Below, in pieces: positions 1 through 10,450 of a DNA stretch of 64,000 bases. The notes below the pieces were generated by a model. That model searched no databases. It was not told where the DNA came from and saw nothing but the letters and a program-made list of their open reading frames with translations. Source of the DNA: a virus. Made by a program: the position numbers and the translations under genes. Within the stretch, counting starts at the first letter, position 1. The number at the start of each line of letters is the position of its first letter. The stretch spans positions 1 to 64,000 of IMG/VR virus record IMGVR_UViG_3300047322_000556. The stretch is one strand, 5' to 3'.

Positions 1-1
1 G

Positions 2-1435
2 CAGGCAGCAGCTTCCCGCTACGGCGGCAACTTTACGGGCGCCGATCTGACGCCGTTCCTGTCCGAATCCGGCTCGGTGACGGTGTCGAAGTCCGTGCGC
101 GATGCGGCGGGCGGCTTCTCGATCACGCTGACCGATCGCCCGACGATTTTCGGCGAATCGCTCTACGCGATGATCGAGCCGATGGACATTATCGAAATTC
201 GGATGGCGCGATCGCCGTCCGAGTATCAGCAGAGCTCGCCGAGCGGCGTCGGCTACAAGCTGCCGATCGTCATGCGCGGCTTCGTCTCGCGCGTCACGCG
301 CAGTCAGAGCATCGAATCGGGCGTGCCTGAGCGTCAGGTGACGATTACCGGGCAGGACTACGGCAAGCTGCTGCGCATCATCCGCATCTTCTACAACACG
401 TTCAACGGCGGCTATGTCGCGGACGACATTATCTCGGGGCTGAAGTTCTTCCATCAGTACGCGAGCGGTGGCGCGGCAAAGATCATGAACGCGCGCGACT
501 TCCTGACGACGGTCGTCACGAGCATCGTCAATCCGTATCTGAAAAACCTCGGGCAGCTCCAGACGCCGCGCGAGCTCGACGTGACGCTCGTGAAGGAGTT
601 TTCGCCCGCCGTCTCGATCGAGTCGCTCGTCTCGCCGCTGTCTGTCTCCGGCTATGGCGAAGGCGCGATTTACGACTTCCTCGCCTCGATGCTCGACGTC
701 GGCCCGTTCAATGAGCTCTACACAGAGGACACAGAGGACGGCGTCAATCTGATTCTGCGGCCGGTGCCGTTCAAGGACTACTCGACCGGGCAGTTCCTCG
801 ATTCGAACGCGTGGGCCGAGTCGCTCGTGCTGCCGATGGGCGTCGTGCAGTCGATGGCGCTCTCGCGCTCGGACGAGAACGTCGCGAATTTCTTTTGGGT
901 GACGAATACGCGCTGGCAGCTCATCGACAACGCCACGCAGCGCATGGCGGCCAATCAGGGTTCGCCGGACTCGTTCTACAAAAAGGATTACATCAATTCG
1001 GCACTCGACGTGTTCGGCATCCGAAAGATGCAAACCGAAGTGGCGATGGCGCCGCCGGACGCGCTAAGCCCGGACTCGCCGAAAACGGATCAGGCGTCGT
1101 CTGAGTCGGCGGCCTATCTGAGCTGGCTGTCTGATCGTCGCACGCTGCTCGCGAACGCGAACAAGGACAACGTCGTGCTGGAGTCGGGAACGATCAAGGT
1201 GCGCGGCAGCGAGCGCATCAAGGCGGGCATGTACGTGACCGTCCAGAGCTTCCAGACGGAAAACGACATTCAACCGGCGGGCGAGTACTACGTGACGAGC
1301 GTCACACAAGAATTCATCCCGTTCATCGGGTTTTTCACGACGATGCAAGTCGAGCGCGGAACCAACTTCGCGAATCGCTCGCAATCGCAAGGCACGCCGT
1401 ATTACGACGAGCTTGATCTTGGGGGGATCAGCTAA
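2..1435 (+). CDS. Baseplate hub / tail protein (5'-truncated by window)
   Basis: Frame open from position 2. Lies just upstream of the spike gene. C-terminal 'GTIKVRG..IKAG..YYVTSVTQEF' is typical of hub proteins. Confidence 0.7.
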   Translation, partial: QAAASRYGGNFTGADLTPFLSESGSVTVSKSVRDAAGGFSITLTDRPTIFGESLYAMIEPMDIIEIRMARSPSEYQQSSPSGVGYKLPIVMRGFVSRVTRSQSIESGVPERQVTITGQDYGKLLRIIRIFYNTFNGGYVADDIISGLKFFHQYASGGAAKIMNARDFLTTVVTSIVNPYLKNLGQLQTPRELDVTLVKEFSPAVSIESLVSPLSVSGYGEGAIYDFLASMLDVGPFNELYTEDTEDGVNLILRPVPFKDYSTGQFLDSNAWAESLVLPMGVVQSMALSRSDENVANFFWVTNTRWQLIDNATQRMAANQGSPDSFYKKDYINSALDVFGIRKMQTEVAMAPPDALSPDSPKTDQASSESAAYLSWLSDRRTLLANANKDNVVLESGTIKVRGSERIKAGMYVTVQSFQTENDIQPAGEYYVTSVTQEFIPFIGFFTTMQVERGTNFANRSQSQGTPYYDELDLGGIS

Positions 1436-2265
1436 TGCTGTCTCTGGCTAAAGTGGTGGGCGTGCATCGCGAGTCGGGCACGGTGGATCTGGTCATGCTG
1501 CACAACGATATGCCGGTGCCGGGCGTGAAGGTCATGGTCGGCACGGCGTCGGGCAATACCGGCTTCACAGACATTCCGGTGCCGGACGTGAATAACGCCG
1601 ACGACCCGTACAAGTCGAGCAATACCGGCGGGCGCGATATGGTCGCGGTGGTCGCGGAATTCTTCGGCAAGCCGATCGTGCTCGGCTTCCTCTTTCCGAC
1701 CATCGCACAGTGCCTCTTTCCGGACGCGAACCGGATGATCTACCGGCATGCGTCGGACGTGTATCTGACGATCGATGACGCGGGCAATACGGAGCTTGCG
1801 CATCCGTCCGGCGCATATCTGCGCATCGGCAAGAGCGGCGCGCACGAGGATCTGACCGGCAAGGACTACAACGGCATGTGGAAAATCGCACGCAACACCG
1901 CGCAGGACGTGCATTTTCATATCGCGATGGGCGGCGGTGCGGCATCGCTCGATATCGCGCCGGACGGCACGATCGTCGTGAATGCGAACGGCACGGTGAC
2001 GATCAATGCGCAAGGCGCGACGACCGTAAAAGCGCCGTCGCTCACGGTTGATTCGCCGCAGAGCACATTTACGGGCGCGGTGACGGTCGAAGGCGCGTTT
2101 GTTTTCCAGTCGGGCATGACTGGATCGGCGGGCTCGGGTGGCGGCTCCACTATGACGATCAACGGCGCGGCGGATTTCAGCGGCGAAGTGAAGTCGGGTG
2201 GCATCAGCCTGCCGCATCACAGCCATAGTGACCCGCAAGGCGGCACGGTGGGGCAGCCTATCTAA
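1435..2265 (+). CDS. Baseplate central spike (gpV-like)
   Basis: Beta-helix-like Gly/Thr/Val repeats and a terminal HxH metal-binding motif (LPHHSHSD). Confidence 0.85.
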   Translation: MLSLAKVVGVHRESGTVDLVMLHNDMPVPGVKVMVGTASGNTGFTDIPVPDVNNADDPYKSSNTGGRDMVAVVAEFFGKPIVLGFLFPTIAQCLFPDANRMIYRHASDVYLTIDDAGNTELAHPSGAYLRIGKSGAHEDLTGKDYNGMWKIARNTAQDVHFHIAMGGGAASLDIAPDGTIVVNANGTVTINAQGATTVKAPSLTVDSPQSTFTGAVTVEGAFVFQSGMTGSAGSGGGSTMTINGAADFSGEVKSGGISLPHHSHSDPQGGTVGQPI

Positions 2266-2290
2266 TCGGTCGTGACGCCAAAGTGGCGTC

Positions 2291-3457
2291 ATGACTGCTC
2301 CGAGCTCCCAAAAGGCCGACGTTCGGCCGATCAGCTTCACGCTTCAGGACACTTCCAAGGGAAGTCAGCCTCTCGCGACGATTCCGCTGTTTATCCGGCC
2401 GGAAGAGCTGACGCGCACCGAAAGTTCGCGCACGACGGTGCATCAAACCTTCGGCGGCAACGGCGGATGGGCGGATTCGTTCGGGCCGGGCGTGCCGACG
2501 CTCTCCATCTCCGGGCATACCGGCTGGCGGCCGGGCGAGGATGGCAACGACGGGCTCGCGCGCATGAAGATGCTGCACGACGTCATCTTCAGCGCGTGGC
2601 ACGTCTCGCGCCAGCTCAAGACGCTGCAAGGGCTCGACCCGGATTCGATCCAGCTCATCTTCTCCGATGGCATGGACGATATCGCGTGGGTCGTCGCGCC
2701 GACGCAATTCATCCTGAAGCGCGATCGCCGCCGCCCGCTGCTCGCGCAGTACCAGATCGGCATGACGTACCTGTCGCAATACGTCGCCTCGTCCAGCTCG
2801 TCATCGGGCTCGACGTTCGGCGCGCTGCAAGCGCTCGGGCTCGATTCGCTCGCCGCGTCGCTGCAAACCGCGATGGATTTTCTGAACGGCATCAACGACG
2901 CGATCAAAAGCGCGCTCGGGCCGATCGTCAGCGCCGTGAAGAGCTTCGTGAAGGTGGTGACGACCGTTTGCACGGCCGTGAAAACCGTCGTCATGACGGG
3001 GCTGAAAGTGGTCAATTCGCTGACCTACGGGCTCATCACAATCGCGAAGGATCTCACGCGCGCCGCGTCGAGCGTCTTTTCGGTGTTCTCGACCATCGCC
3101 TCGATTCCGAACTACGTCAAGACGCAGTTCATGAAGGTGCGCTCGTCGTTCTTCAATATTTTCTGCGTGCTGTCCAACTGCTTCAAGCAGAGCCGCGTGC
3201 TGCAGGATTTTTCGGGCGTCTACGGCGCATCCAACTGCTCTTCGACGGCGGGCGGCACGTCGCTCTCGGCCTATCTGAACGTCAACACGTTCGAACAGAT
3301 TCAGGCGAAGTCGAACGCCGCGCAAGTGCAAACGACGACAGATGCGGCCAATTCGATCACGGCGCTCAAGGGCATCGACGCGGCGACGAATCCGCCGAGC
3401 CTCACTGCGATGCAAGCGCATCTGACGAACATCAATAACGGGCTGGTGGTGAACTAA
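2291..3457 (+). CDS. Tail/baseplate-associated structural protein
   Basis: 388 aa inside the baseplate cluster, preceded by the late-promoter motif. Confidence 0.6.
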   Translation: MTAPSSQKADVRPISFTLQDTSKGSQPLATIPLFIRPEELTRTESSRTTVHQTFGGNGGWADSFGPGVPTLSISGHTGWRPGEDGNDGLARMKMLHDVIFSAWHVSRQLKTLQGLDPDSIQLIFSDGMDDIAWVVAPTQFILKRDRRRPLLAQYQIGMTYLSQYVASSSSSSGSTFGALQALGLDSLAASLQTAMDFLNGINDAIKSALGPIVSAVKSFVKVVTTVCTAVKTVVMTGLKVVNSLTYGLITIAKDLTRAASSVFSVFSTIASIPNYVKTQFMKVRSSFFNIFCVLSNCFKQSRVLQDFSGVYGASNCSSTAGGTSLSAYLNVNTFEQIQAKSNAAQVQTTTDAANSITALKGIDAATNPPSLTAMQAHLTNINNGLVVN

Positions 3458-4068
3458 TGGCGGGCCAATTCAACCCCTCGGGCTATCGCCAAGTCACGGT
3501 CCTGCAAACCGACACGCTCCAGCGCATCGCACTGCGCGAGCTTGGCGACGCGGAACGCTGGCCGGACATTGCGCAATTCAACGATCTGCATCCGCCGTAT
3601 ATCTCGACCGATTCGAGCTATGCCTCGGACGCGCAAGTCGTCGCGCCCGGCGCAACGATTCTGGTCCCTACGGCCGCGAGCCAAGTGAACGCGACGGCAT
3701 CGACCGACGTGCTCGGCGCCGATCTTCGGCTCGTCAATGGCGAGCTCGTCATCGACGGCGGCGATCTCGCTGTCGTCTCCGGCATGGACAACCTTTCGCA
3801 AGCGCTGAAGGTGCGCATCGGCATCGATAAGGAAGAGCTCGTCTTTCATCCGGAATTCGGGAGCTGGATCAGAAAACTCATCGGCACTGGCGCAGGCCCG
3901 ACGACCGCGCAGCTCGCCGCGCTCTACGTGCGCTCGGCGCTCATTGAGGACGACCGCGTCCAGCAAGTCACCAGCGTGACGACCGTCGTCAACGGCGACA
4001 AATTCAACGTGACCGCGAAGGTGCAAATCGTCAGCGGGCAAACCGTTTCCCTTTCGATGGTGGTGTGA
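3457..4068 (+). CDS. LysM + gp25/DUF2634-like baseplate wedge protein
   Basis: N-terminal LysM-like 'DTLQRIALRELGDAERWPDIAQFN' and C-terminal 'HPEFGS..ALIEDDRV'. Confidence 0.75.
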   Translation: MAGQFNPSGYRQVTVLQTDTLQRIALRELGDAERWPDIAQFNDLHPPYISTDSSYASDAQVVAPGATILVPTAASQVNATASTDVLGADLRLVNGELVIDGGDLAVVSGMDNLSQALKVRIGIDKEELVFHPEFGSWIRKLIGTGAGPTTAQLAALYVRSALIEDDRVQQVTSVTTVVNGDKFNVTAKVQIVSGQTVSLSMVV

Positions 4069-5190
4069 ATGGCCTTTCAGGTAAAAGACTTCGCGAGTAT
4101 CAGCGCATCGTGCATCAACTATCTGAAGTCCATTCAGACGGCGATCACTGACTTCCGTATCGGCGCGATCGCGCGAACGATCATGGAAGCGGTTGCGATG
4201 GAGCTCGAAGAGCTCTATCAGCAAATGTTTGTCGGCTTGCGCGAGGCGATTCCGACCGCGATCTATACGTCGTTCGATTTTCCGAAGCTCGCCGCAGTCG
4301 CCGCGAGCGGCAACGTGCGCGTCACGATCACGGCGCAGGCCGCCGACGTCAAAATCCCGTCCGGCACGATCTTCACGCCGGTCGGCGCGGCGCTCACCTT
4401 CGCCTCTCGCGCGGACGTGACGGTCGCCGCAGGCGCGACGTATGCCGACGTCTACGTGACGTGCGCGACGGCGGGCACGAGCGGCAATCTCCCGGCGGCG
4501 ACGTCCTTCTCGTTGCAGCCGCAGCCAAGCGGCTATGTGTCGGCGGCCAATACCGGCGCTTTCACGACCGGGACGGACGACGAAACCGACGCGCAGCAAA
4601 AGGCGCGCTTCGTCTCGTACATCAATTCGCTTCAGCGCGGCACGGTCGCGGCAGTGAAGTACGGCTTGTCGATCGCCAATGTGACCGATGCGAACGGCAT
4701 CATCATCGAGCAAGTGGTCGCGTCGAACGTGGTCGAGCCGTGGATCACGGACAACACGCAGCCGGTCGGCTACGTGCAGGCGTACATCCACAATGGCGTG
4801 AATGGCGCCTCGGCCGATCTGCTCGCGCAGGCGAAGCAAGTCGTCTATGGCTACTACAAGACGGATGGCACGGCAGTGCCCGGCTACAAGGCCGCTGGCG
4901 CGCGCGTCGATATCACGGCCGCAACGGTGATTAGCGTCAATGTCACAGGGACGATCTTCGTCGCAAGCGGCTATGTCGCCGCAGACGTGAAAACGTCCGT
5001 CCAGAACGCCATTTCGAACTATCTCACCGAGCTCAATGTCGGCGTGCCCGCGCAATACGCGACGCTCGTGCAGCTCGCTATGGATACGCCGGGCGTCTCC
5101 GATTTCGCGCTTGCATCGCCCACGTCGAACACGAGCCTTTCGGTAAGCCAAAAGGTCATGCCGGGCACGCTCAACCTGACGACGCAATAA
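4069..5190 (+). CDS. Baseplate J-like protein
   Basis: 'GTSGNLPA..GTDDETD..RF..L.RGT' baseplate J motifs. Confidence 0.9.
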   Translation: MAFQVKDFASISASCINYLKSIQTAITDFRIGAIARTIMEAVAMELEELYQQMFVGLREAIPTAIYTSFDFPKLAAVAASGNVRVTITAQAADVKIPSGTIFTPVGAALTFASRADVTVAAGATYADVYVTCATAGTSGNLPAATSFSLQPQPSGYVSAANTGAFTTGTDDETDAQQKARFVSYINSLQRGTVAAVKYGLSIANVTDANGIIIEQVVASNVVEPWITDNTQPVGYVQAYIHNGVNGASADLLAQAKQVVYGYYKTDGTAVPGYKAAGARVDITAATVISVNVTGTIFVASGYVAADVKTSVQNAISNYLTELNVGVPAQYATLVQLAMDTPGVSDFALASPTSNTSLSVSQKVMPGTLNLTTQ

Positions 5191-5191
5191 C

Positions 5192-6193
5192 ATGAAGCTC
5201 ACGCAAAAACTGCTCGGCTCGATCTATCGCGCGTTCAACAAGGACGCGAACGCGTATCTCGCGCTGCGCATCAACTACAGCGGCGGCCCGCTCGTCTGGA
5301 CCGTCGCGGACGGCATTCTGACAGGCACGAGCGGCTCGACGCAGCTCTTCTCGCTCGATCTGTCTCAGTACACGCTCGCGACGCTCGCGGCGGCACTGGC
5401 GGCCGTTCCGGGCGTCAGTGTGCCATTTCTCACGAGTAACAACACGTCGCTTTCCGCGCGCGTGCTGATCGATGCGAGCGGCGACCAGTCGGCGAGCAAT
5501 GGCGATCACTTGATGGCCTATTCCTCGACGCTGTGGGCGCTACTGGAGCCCTTCGCGAGCGAGCTCGTCGCGGCGGCGCTGCAAATCAAGCAGGCTCTTT
5601 TGCAAATGAGCCTGAAAACCGCAAGCAACGAATGGGTTGACGAGTGGGGCGGCTACTTCAACGTGCCACGCGAGAGTGGCGAGCAAGACGCTTCCTACGC
5701 GGCGCGAATCGTCATGGAAGTGCTGCGCCCGCGCGGCAACAATGTCGCGATCGAAGCGGCGCTCTTCGAGCTGCTCGGGCAGAAAGTGACCGTGACGGAT
5801 CTGTACTTGGCGACGAATTCCATGTCGCCGCAGGTGCTCGGTCTGTTCGACGTGCAGGCGGGCTATGACTTGCTCGGCTCGGACGATCTCAACGCCTATA
5901 CGGAGATGGTCAAGGCCCGCATCGAGACGCTGCGCGACGCGGGCATGCACCTGAATTCGTTCGCGATCATCGGGAGCACGCTCACCGATTCGCCGGGCTA
6001 CACGCCAAACGACGACGGGCTGAGCGTGAAGATGAACGTCGGCACGCAGTTGGCGGACCCGGTTGCAGCGGATCCGACCGATAGCGGCTCGATTCATTGG
6101 GTGCAGGCGACTACCTATAACGGCGTGCGCAACTTCGACGGCATCATCAATTACAGCTCGGGCAGCGCGTTCGATGAAACGCTGAGCGGCTGA
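5192..6193 (+). CDS. Baseplate wedge protein (gpI-like)
   Basis: Follows J. Motif 'WVDEWGGYFNVPRESGEQDASYAARI'. Confidence 0.7.
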   Translation: MKLTQKLLGSIYRAFNKDANAYLALRINYSGGPLVWTVADGILTGTSGSTQLFSLDLSQYTLATLAAALAAVPGVSVPFLTSNNTSLSARVLIDASGDQSASNGDHLMAYSSTLWALLEPFASELVAAALQIKQALLQMSLKTASNEWVDEWGGYFNVPRESGEQDASYAARIVMEVLRPRGNNVAIEAALFELLGQKVTVTDLYLATNSMSPQVLGLFDVQAGYDLLGSDDLNAYTEMVKARIETLRDAGMHLNSFAIIGSTLTDSPGYTPNDDGLSVKMNVGTQLADPVAADPTDSGSIHWVQATTYNGVRNFDGIINYSSGSAFDETLSG

Positions 6194-6248
6194 TCCACGC
6201 GCTCAGTCGTGACGCGAAAGTGACTCCAACACTCTTTGGAGTCACCTA

Positions 6249-6692
6249 ATGCAACTTCGCGACGAAGTACGGGATGCGCCGACCGGGCATCTCATCTGCC
6301 GCGCTTACAGAAACGGTCGGCTTATCGACTTGCTCGATGACCCGAATCTCGTCGTCACGGCGTCCAAGCAGATTCAGGCCAATGCGCTCGGCAATACGTC
6401 CGGCTGGACGATCACGCAAATGGGCTATGGCACGAACGGCGCGACGCCTGTGCTGACCGATACGGCGCTCACCGGGCAATACGCGAAGGCGTTCGATTCC
6501 GTCACCTTCCCGGCGACGAATCAGGTGCAGTTCAACTTTTCGCTCGGCACGACCGAAGCGAATGGCATGTCCATTCAGGAATTCGGACTTCTCACGACCA
6601 ACGGCAAGCTCTTCGCGCGCAAGGTGCGACTCGCGGCTCTGGTGAAGCAGTCGGATATCACGATTTCCGGCTCGTGGATCATCACTTTCTGA
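6249..6692 (+). CDS. Tail collar / fibre attachment protein
   Basis: 'EANGMSIQEFGLL..LFARK' typical of collar-fibre proteins, directly before the fibre. Confidence 0.7.
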   Translation: MQLRDEVRDAPTGHLICRAYRNGRLIDLLDDPNLVVTASKQIQANALGNTSGWTITQMGYGTNGATPVLTDTALTGQYAKAFDSVTFPATNQVQFNFSLGTTEANGMSIQEFGLLTTNGKLFARKVRLAALVKQSDITISGSWIITF

Positions 6693-6701
6693 GGCGCGTA
6701 G

Positions 6702-9584
6702 ATGGCAAACATTGTTGAAACGGTCAACTACGATTCGGGCGTCTATCTCATCGCGACGACGGACGCCGTCGTCGGCGGAACGGCGGGCATTGCGAACAAG
6801 GCCGCGACGAATCTCGCGAACCGCACGGCGTATCTGAAGGCCCAGGTCGATACGATCAACGCGCTCACGCCGACGCTCGCGCCGCTGCTGTCGCCCACGC
6901 TGACCGGCACGCCAAAAACGGCCGCGCCGAGCGTCGGCGACAACACGGTCCAGATCGCGACGACCGCGTTCGTCCAGATCACGTCGAAGGGCCGCATCGC
7001 GATCAACGTCGCGGGCAGCGCGAACGTCACGCTCTCGGCCGTGCAGGCGGGCTATGCGTTCATCGAATTCACTGGCGCGCTGACGGGCAATATCACGATC
7101 ACGGTGCCCGGCTCGGCTTCGAAGTGGGCGATGAAGAATTCGACGTCCGGCTCGTACACGATCACGCTCAAGAGCGCGACGGCGGGCGGCACGACGATGG
7201 ATCTTCCGCAGACGGGCTTGCAAGACGTTCTGACGGACGGCACGAACGTCTACGGGCTCGGCTATCTGCCGCTGACCGGCGGCATGGTTTCGCCGAGCGG
7301 CTCGACCAACACCGCAAGCGGGTGGGCGGCGCTGAACACGCCGACGCTGCGCGTGGCCGATGCCTATTCGGGCACTGGCGGCGGTCTGTCGATCGAGTCG
7401 TATCAGCCGACGATTCAGCTCATCGACCAGACGGCGAACGCGAAGAACATGCGTTTGCTGATGGATAACGGCGTTCTCAAGATCGCCAATGATCCGGGCG
7501 ATAACAGCGGCGTGTGGAATACCTCGGGCTTCGCGCTCAACGCTGACGGCTACATGACCGTAGGCGGCGGGGTTACGTCGCCGTCGAACAACGTCGTGTA
7601 CTACGCGAACGGCGTGAGCCTCAGCACGTCTACGACGGCGTATGGCTTCTTCCACGCGCAAGAGTTCAACGAGACAACGACCGGCGGCGGCTACGCGTTC
7701 ACTGCGGCCCCGAAGGTGAAGGCTTCGGCTTTCACAATGGGGAACCTGATCGGCTTCTACGCCAACGTGCCGACGATCGGCGCGGGCGCGACCGTCACGA
7801 GCTATACGGGCTTCTACGTTCAAGACTTCAGCGGCGCCGGAAGCAACTACGGCTTGCGCATGCGCATGAGCTCGGGCACTGGCAAGTGGAATATCTACGC
7901 GGACGGAACCGCGTCGAACTATCTCGGCGGCACGCTTCTGATCGGCACGACGACCGATAACGGCACGGACAAGCTGCAGGTCGTGGGAACCGTCAAGTCG
8001 AGCGGCAGTATAACGACCGGCGGCGCATTTAACGTTGATGGCGCGGCAGGGGTGGGCCGGTCGGTTTATTTCAAGACGTCGGGGTCGAACCGATGGGAGC
8101 TGACGGCAAGTTCGTCGGCTGAATCGGGCAGCAATGCCGGGTCTAATCTCGTTCTGAATCGATATAGCGACGCTGGAACGTGGATCGACTCGCCTCTTTC
8201 GATCACGCGCTCAACTGGTATAGCTTCGTTTGGAGTGTCGCCGACTGCGCCGACGCCCACGGCTGGCGACTCCAGCACGACGCTCGCGACGACCGCGTTC
8301 GTCGTCAACACGAAAAACGGCGCTTCGACGGTGAGCGTCGCGGGCAGCACGAACCGCACGCTCACGGCCGCACAAGCGGGCGTCGGCATCATCATTCTGA
8401 CGGGCGCGCTGACGGGCTCCATCACGGTGTTTGTGCCCGCCGGAACCGGGCAGTACATTTTCTCGAACCGCACGACGGGCTCGTACACGCTGAACCTCGG
8501 CGTCTCGGGCGCGGGCGGCACGACGGCGATCGTCCCGCAAGGGCAGTCTGTTGTCGCGTACAGCGACGGCACCAACATCGTGCTCGCGGGCGCGGCGGCG
8601 AGCAGCTCCTTCACGCGCTATTCGTTCACGGCGACGGCCGGGCAGTCGTCTTTCCCCGCGATCTATACCGTGGGCAACGTGCTCGCGATGGTCAATGGCG
8701 CGGTGCAAGCCGCCGCCGACATTACGGCAACGGACAGCGCGACGGTGCAGCTCACCGGCTACAACGGCGGGGCGGGCTGCCTCGGCGGCGAGGACGTGAC
8801 GATCATCGCGTTCACTTCCTTCACGGTGGCGAACGCGATGACGCCTGCGGGCGGCACGTTTAGCGGCCCGATCATGCTTGCGGGTAGCGATACGGGCGTG
8901 ACGCCTGCGCAGTTCGACAACAGCACGAAGCTGGCGACGACCGGGTTTGTGCAACGGGCACTGGGCTCCTATCCGAACACGGTCGTGGTCGCATCGACGC
9001 AGTCGTATAGCGCCGCGTCCGTCGGACGGGCCGTTTCGATCAACACGGCATCGGCCAACACGCAGACGCTTCCGCAAGCAAGTACATGCGCGGCCGGTGC
9101 CGCGATTACGTTCAGCAACAGTGGCACTGGCGTCGCAACGATCGCGCCGTTCGCGGGTAATTCCCTGTATATCGCCGGCCGCGCCGGGAGTGCCAACGTT
9201 GCGCTCGCGGTGGGGGATTGGGCGGTTTTTGTTTGCGATGGATCGTCAAGTTGGACTGCGATTTATGGGTCTGCGCAAACTCAGTTCACGGCTGGATTCG
9301 GCGCGTCCCTCGCCGCGTCCGGTTATCAAAAGCTCCCCTCGGGTCTGATTATCCAGTGGGGAACGGCAGTTACGAGCGGGTCGGGAACGGTGACGGCAAC
9401 GCTACCAATAGCATTCCCAAATGCGAACTTGCGAACGGTTGGTATGTACCAGTCCGGATCGCTATCGGTGGTTATCGTGAACGTCGGAACGACCGGAACG
9501 ACGTACTCGAATTTTTGGGCCTGCAATGGCTCGGGGGCCGCTGTTTCAGGCGTGACGATCAGCTACATCGCTATCGGGTACTAG
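6702..9584 (+). CDS. Long tail fibre
   Basis: 960 aa, G/T/S/A-rich, 'LANRTAYLK', three 'D(N/S)..ATT.FV' repeats, C-terminal 'GYQKLPSGLIIQWG' tip domain. Confidence 0.9.
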   Translation: MANIVETVNYDSGVYLIATTDAVVGGTAGIANKAATNLANRTAYLKAQVDTINALTPTLAPLLSPTLTGTPKTAAPSVGDNTVQIATTAFVQITSKGRIAINVAGSANVTLSAVQAGYAFIEFTGALTGNITITVPGSASKWAMKNSTSGSYTITLKSATAGGTTMDLPQTGLQDVLTDGTNVYGLGYLPLTGGMVSPSGSTNTASGWAALNTPTLRVADAYSGTGGGLSIESYQPTIQLIDQTANAKNMRLLMDNGVLKIANDPGDNSGVWNTSGFALNADGYMTVGGGVTSPSNNVVYYANGVSLSTSTTAYGFFHAQEFNETTTGGGYAFTAAPKVKASAFTMGNLIGFYANVPTIGAGATVTSYTGFYVQDFSGAGSNYGLRMRMSSGTGKWNIYADGTASNYLGGTLLIGTTTDNGTDKLQVVGTVKSSGSITTGGAFNVDGAAGVGRSVYFKTSGSNRWELTASSSAESGSNAGSNLVLNRYSDAGTWIDSPLSITRSTGIASFGVSPTAPTPTAGDSSTTLATTAFVVNTKNGASTVSVAGSTNRTLTAAQAGVGIIILTGALTGSITVFVPAGTGQYIFSNRTTGSYTLNLGVSGAGGTTAIVPQGQSVVAYSDGTNIVLAGAAASSSFTRYSFTATAGQSSFPAIYTVGNVLAMVNGAVQAAADITATDSATVQLTGYNGGAGCLGGEDVTIIAFTSFTVANAMTPAGGTFSGPIMLAGSDTGVTPAQFDNSTKLATTGFVQRALGSYPNTVVVASTQSYSAASVGRAVSINTASANTQTLPQASTCAAGAAITFSNSGTGVATIAPFAGNSLYIAGRAGSANVALAVGDWAVFVCDGSSSWTAIYGSAQTQFTAGFGASLAASGYQKLPSGLIIQWGTAVTSGSGTVTATLPIAFPNANLRTVGMYQSGSLSVVIVNVGTTGTTYSNFWACNGSGAAVSGVTISYIAIGY

Positions 9585-9593
9585 CGATGACGA

Positions 9594-9627
9594 ATTAAAT
9601 CATGGGCCAAAAACAAGCCGCATACGA
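9594..9627 (+). repeat. 34-bp direct repeat (second copy 10443-10476) of the fibre-chaperone 5' end
   Basis: ATTAAATCATGGG[C/T]CAAAAACAAGC[C/A]GCATACGA, 32/34 identical. Confidence 0.9.
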
Positions 9628-9688
9628 GCGCGCGCATGAGATAGCCGCGCCTGTATTACTCGCGTTTCAATATTTCGGAGTCTGATTA

Positions 9689-10447
9689 ATGGGCGCTCTT
9701 TCGGCCACTCTGGCAAAGCTAGGCTCGCTTTTTTCGATCGATGGATCGAATCAAATTCTGCTTCCGGCTACGCCGCCGCAGTTTGATAACTCGCTGCTCG
9801 CAGCATCGACCGCGTTTGTAAAACGCGTGGGGCTTCAGGCTTCAGGGGTAACGGTCGTAACCGCGAGCGGTGCCATTGCGGCCGCTCAGGCGGGCGGATT
9901 GGTTATCTGTAACAGCGCGTCGGCAATAACGCTTACGCTGAATGCTGCGTCTGGATTCCCCGATGGATCTCGTATCGAGTTTCTGAACGTGGCAAATGGC
10001 GCGGTGACGATCGCCAAGCAGGCCGGAGACATTCTCGCGCCGAGCGGCAGCAACCCGAGCACGTTCACGCTGAACAACGGCGATACGTTGGTTTTGGAAT
10101 CGCGGGGTTCCGCGAACATCTGGTATGCGGTGGGCGGTTCCACGCGGCTTGCGTATGCGGGTAACTTCGGCGCGTCCCTCGCCGCTACCGGTTATCAAAA
10201 GCTGCCGAGCGGGCTGATTGTTCAGTGGGGGTTTTTTGCTGGCTCCAACGCTGGCGATACCGCGATCACTTTCCCTATCGCATTCCCGACAAATTTTCTT
10301 TGTGCAACGGTGAGCGGCTTATGCAGCGGGACGGGCGCTTGGGGTGGATACAACAGCGCAACAAAGACCGGCATGAACGGTAACTGGTGGGCCGCCGCCA
10401 GTACTCGTCAGTCGGGGACTGCAACCTATATCGCATTCGGATATTAA
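9689..10447 (+). CDS. Second (short) tail-fibre tip protein
   Basis: Paralogous to the C-terminal ~230 aa of the long fibre ('PQFDNS..AFV', 'GYQKLPSGLIVQWG'). Confidence 0.85.
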   Translation: MGALSATLAKLGSLFSIDGSNQILLPATPPQFDNSLLAASTAFVKRVGLQASGVTVVTASGAIAAAQAGGLVICNSASAITLTLNAASGFPDGSRIEFLNVANGAVTIAKQAGDILAPSGSNPSTFTLNNGDTLVLESRGSANIWYAVGGSTRLAYAGNFGASLAATGYQKLPSGLIVQWGFFAGSNAGDTAITFPIAFPTNFLCATVSGLCSGTGAWGGYNSATKTGMNGNWWAAASTRQSGTATYIAFGY

Positions 10448-10450
10448 ATC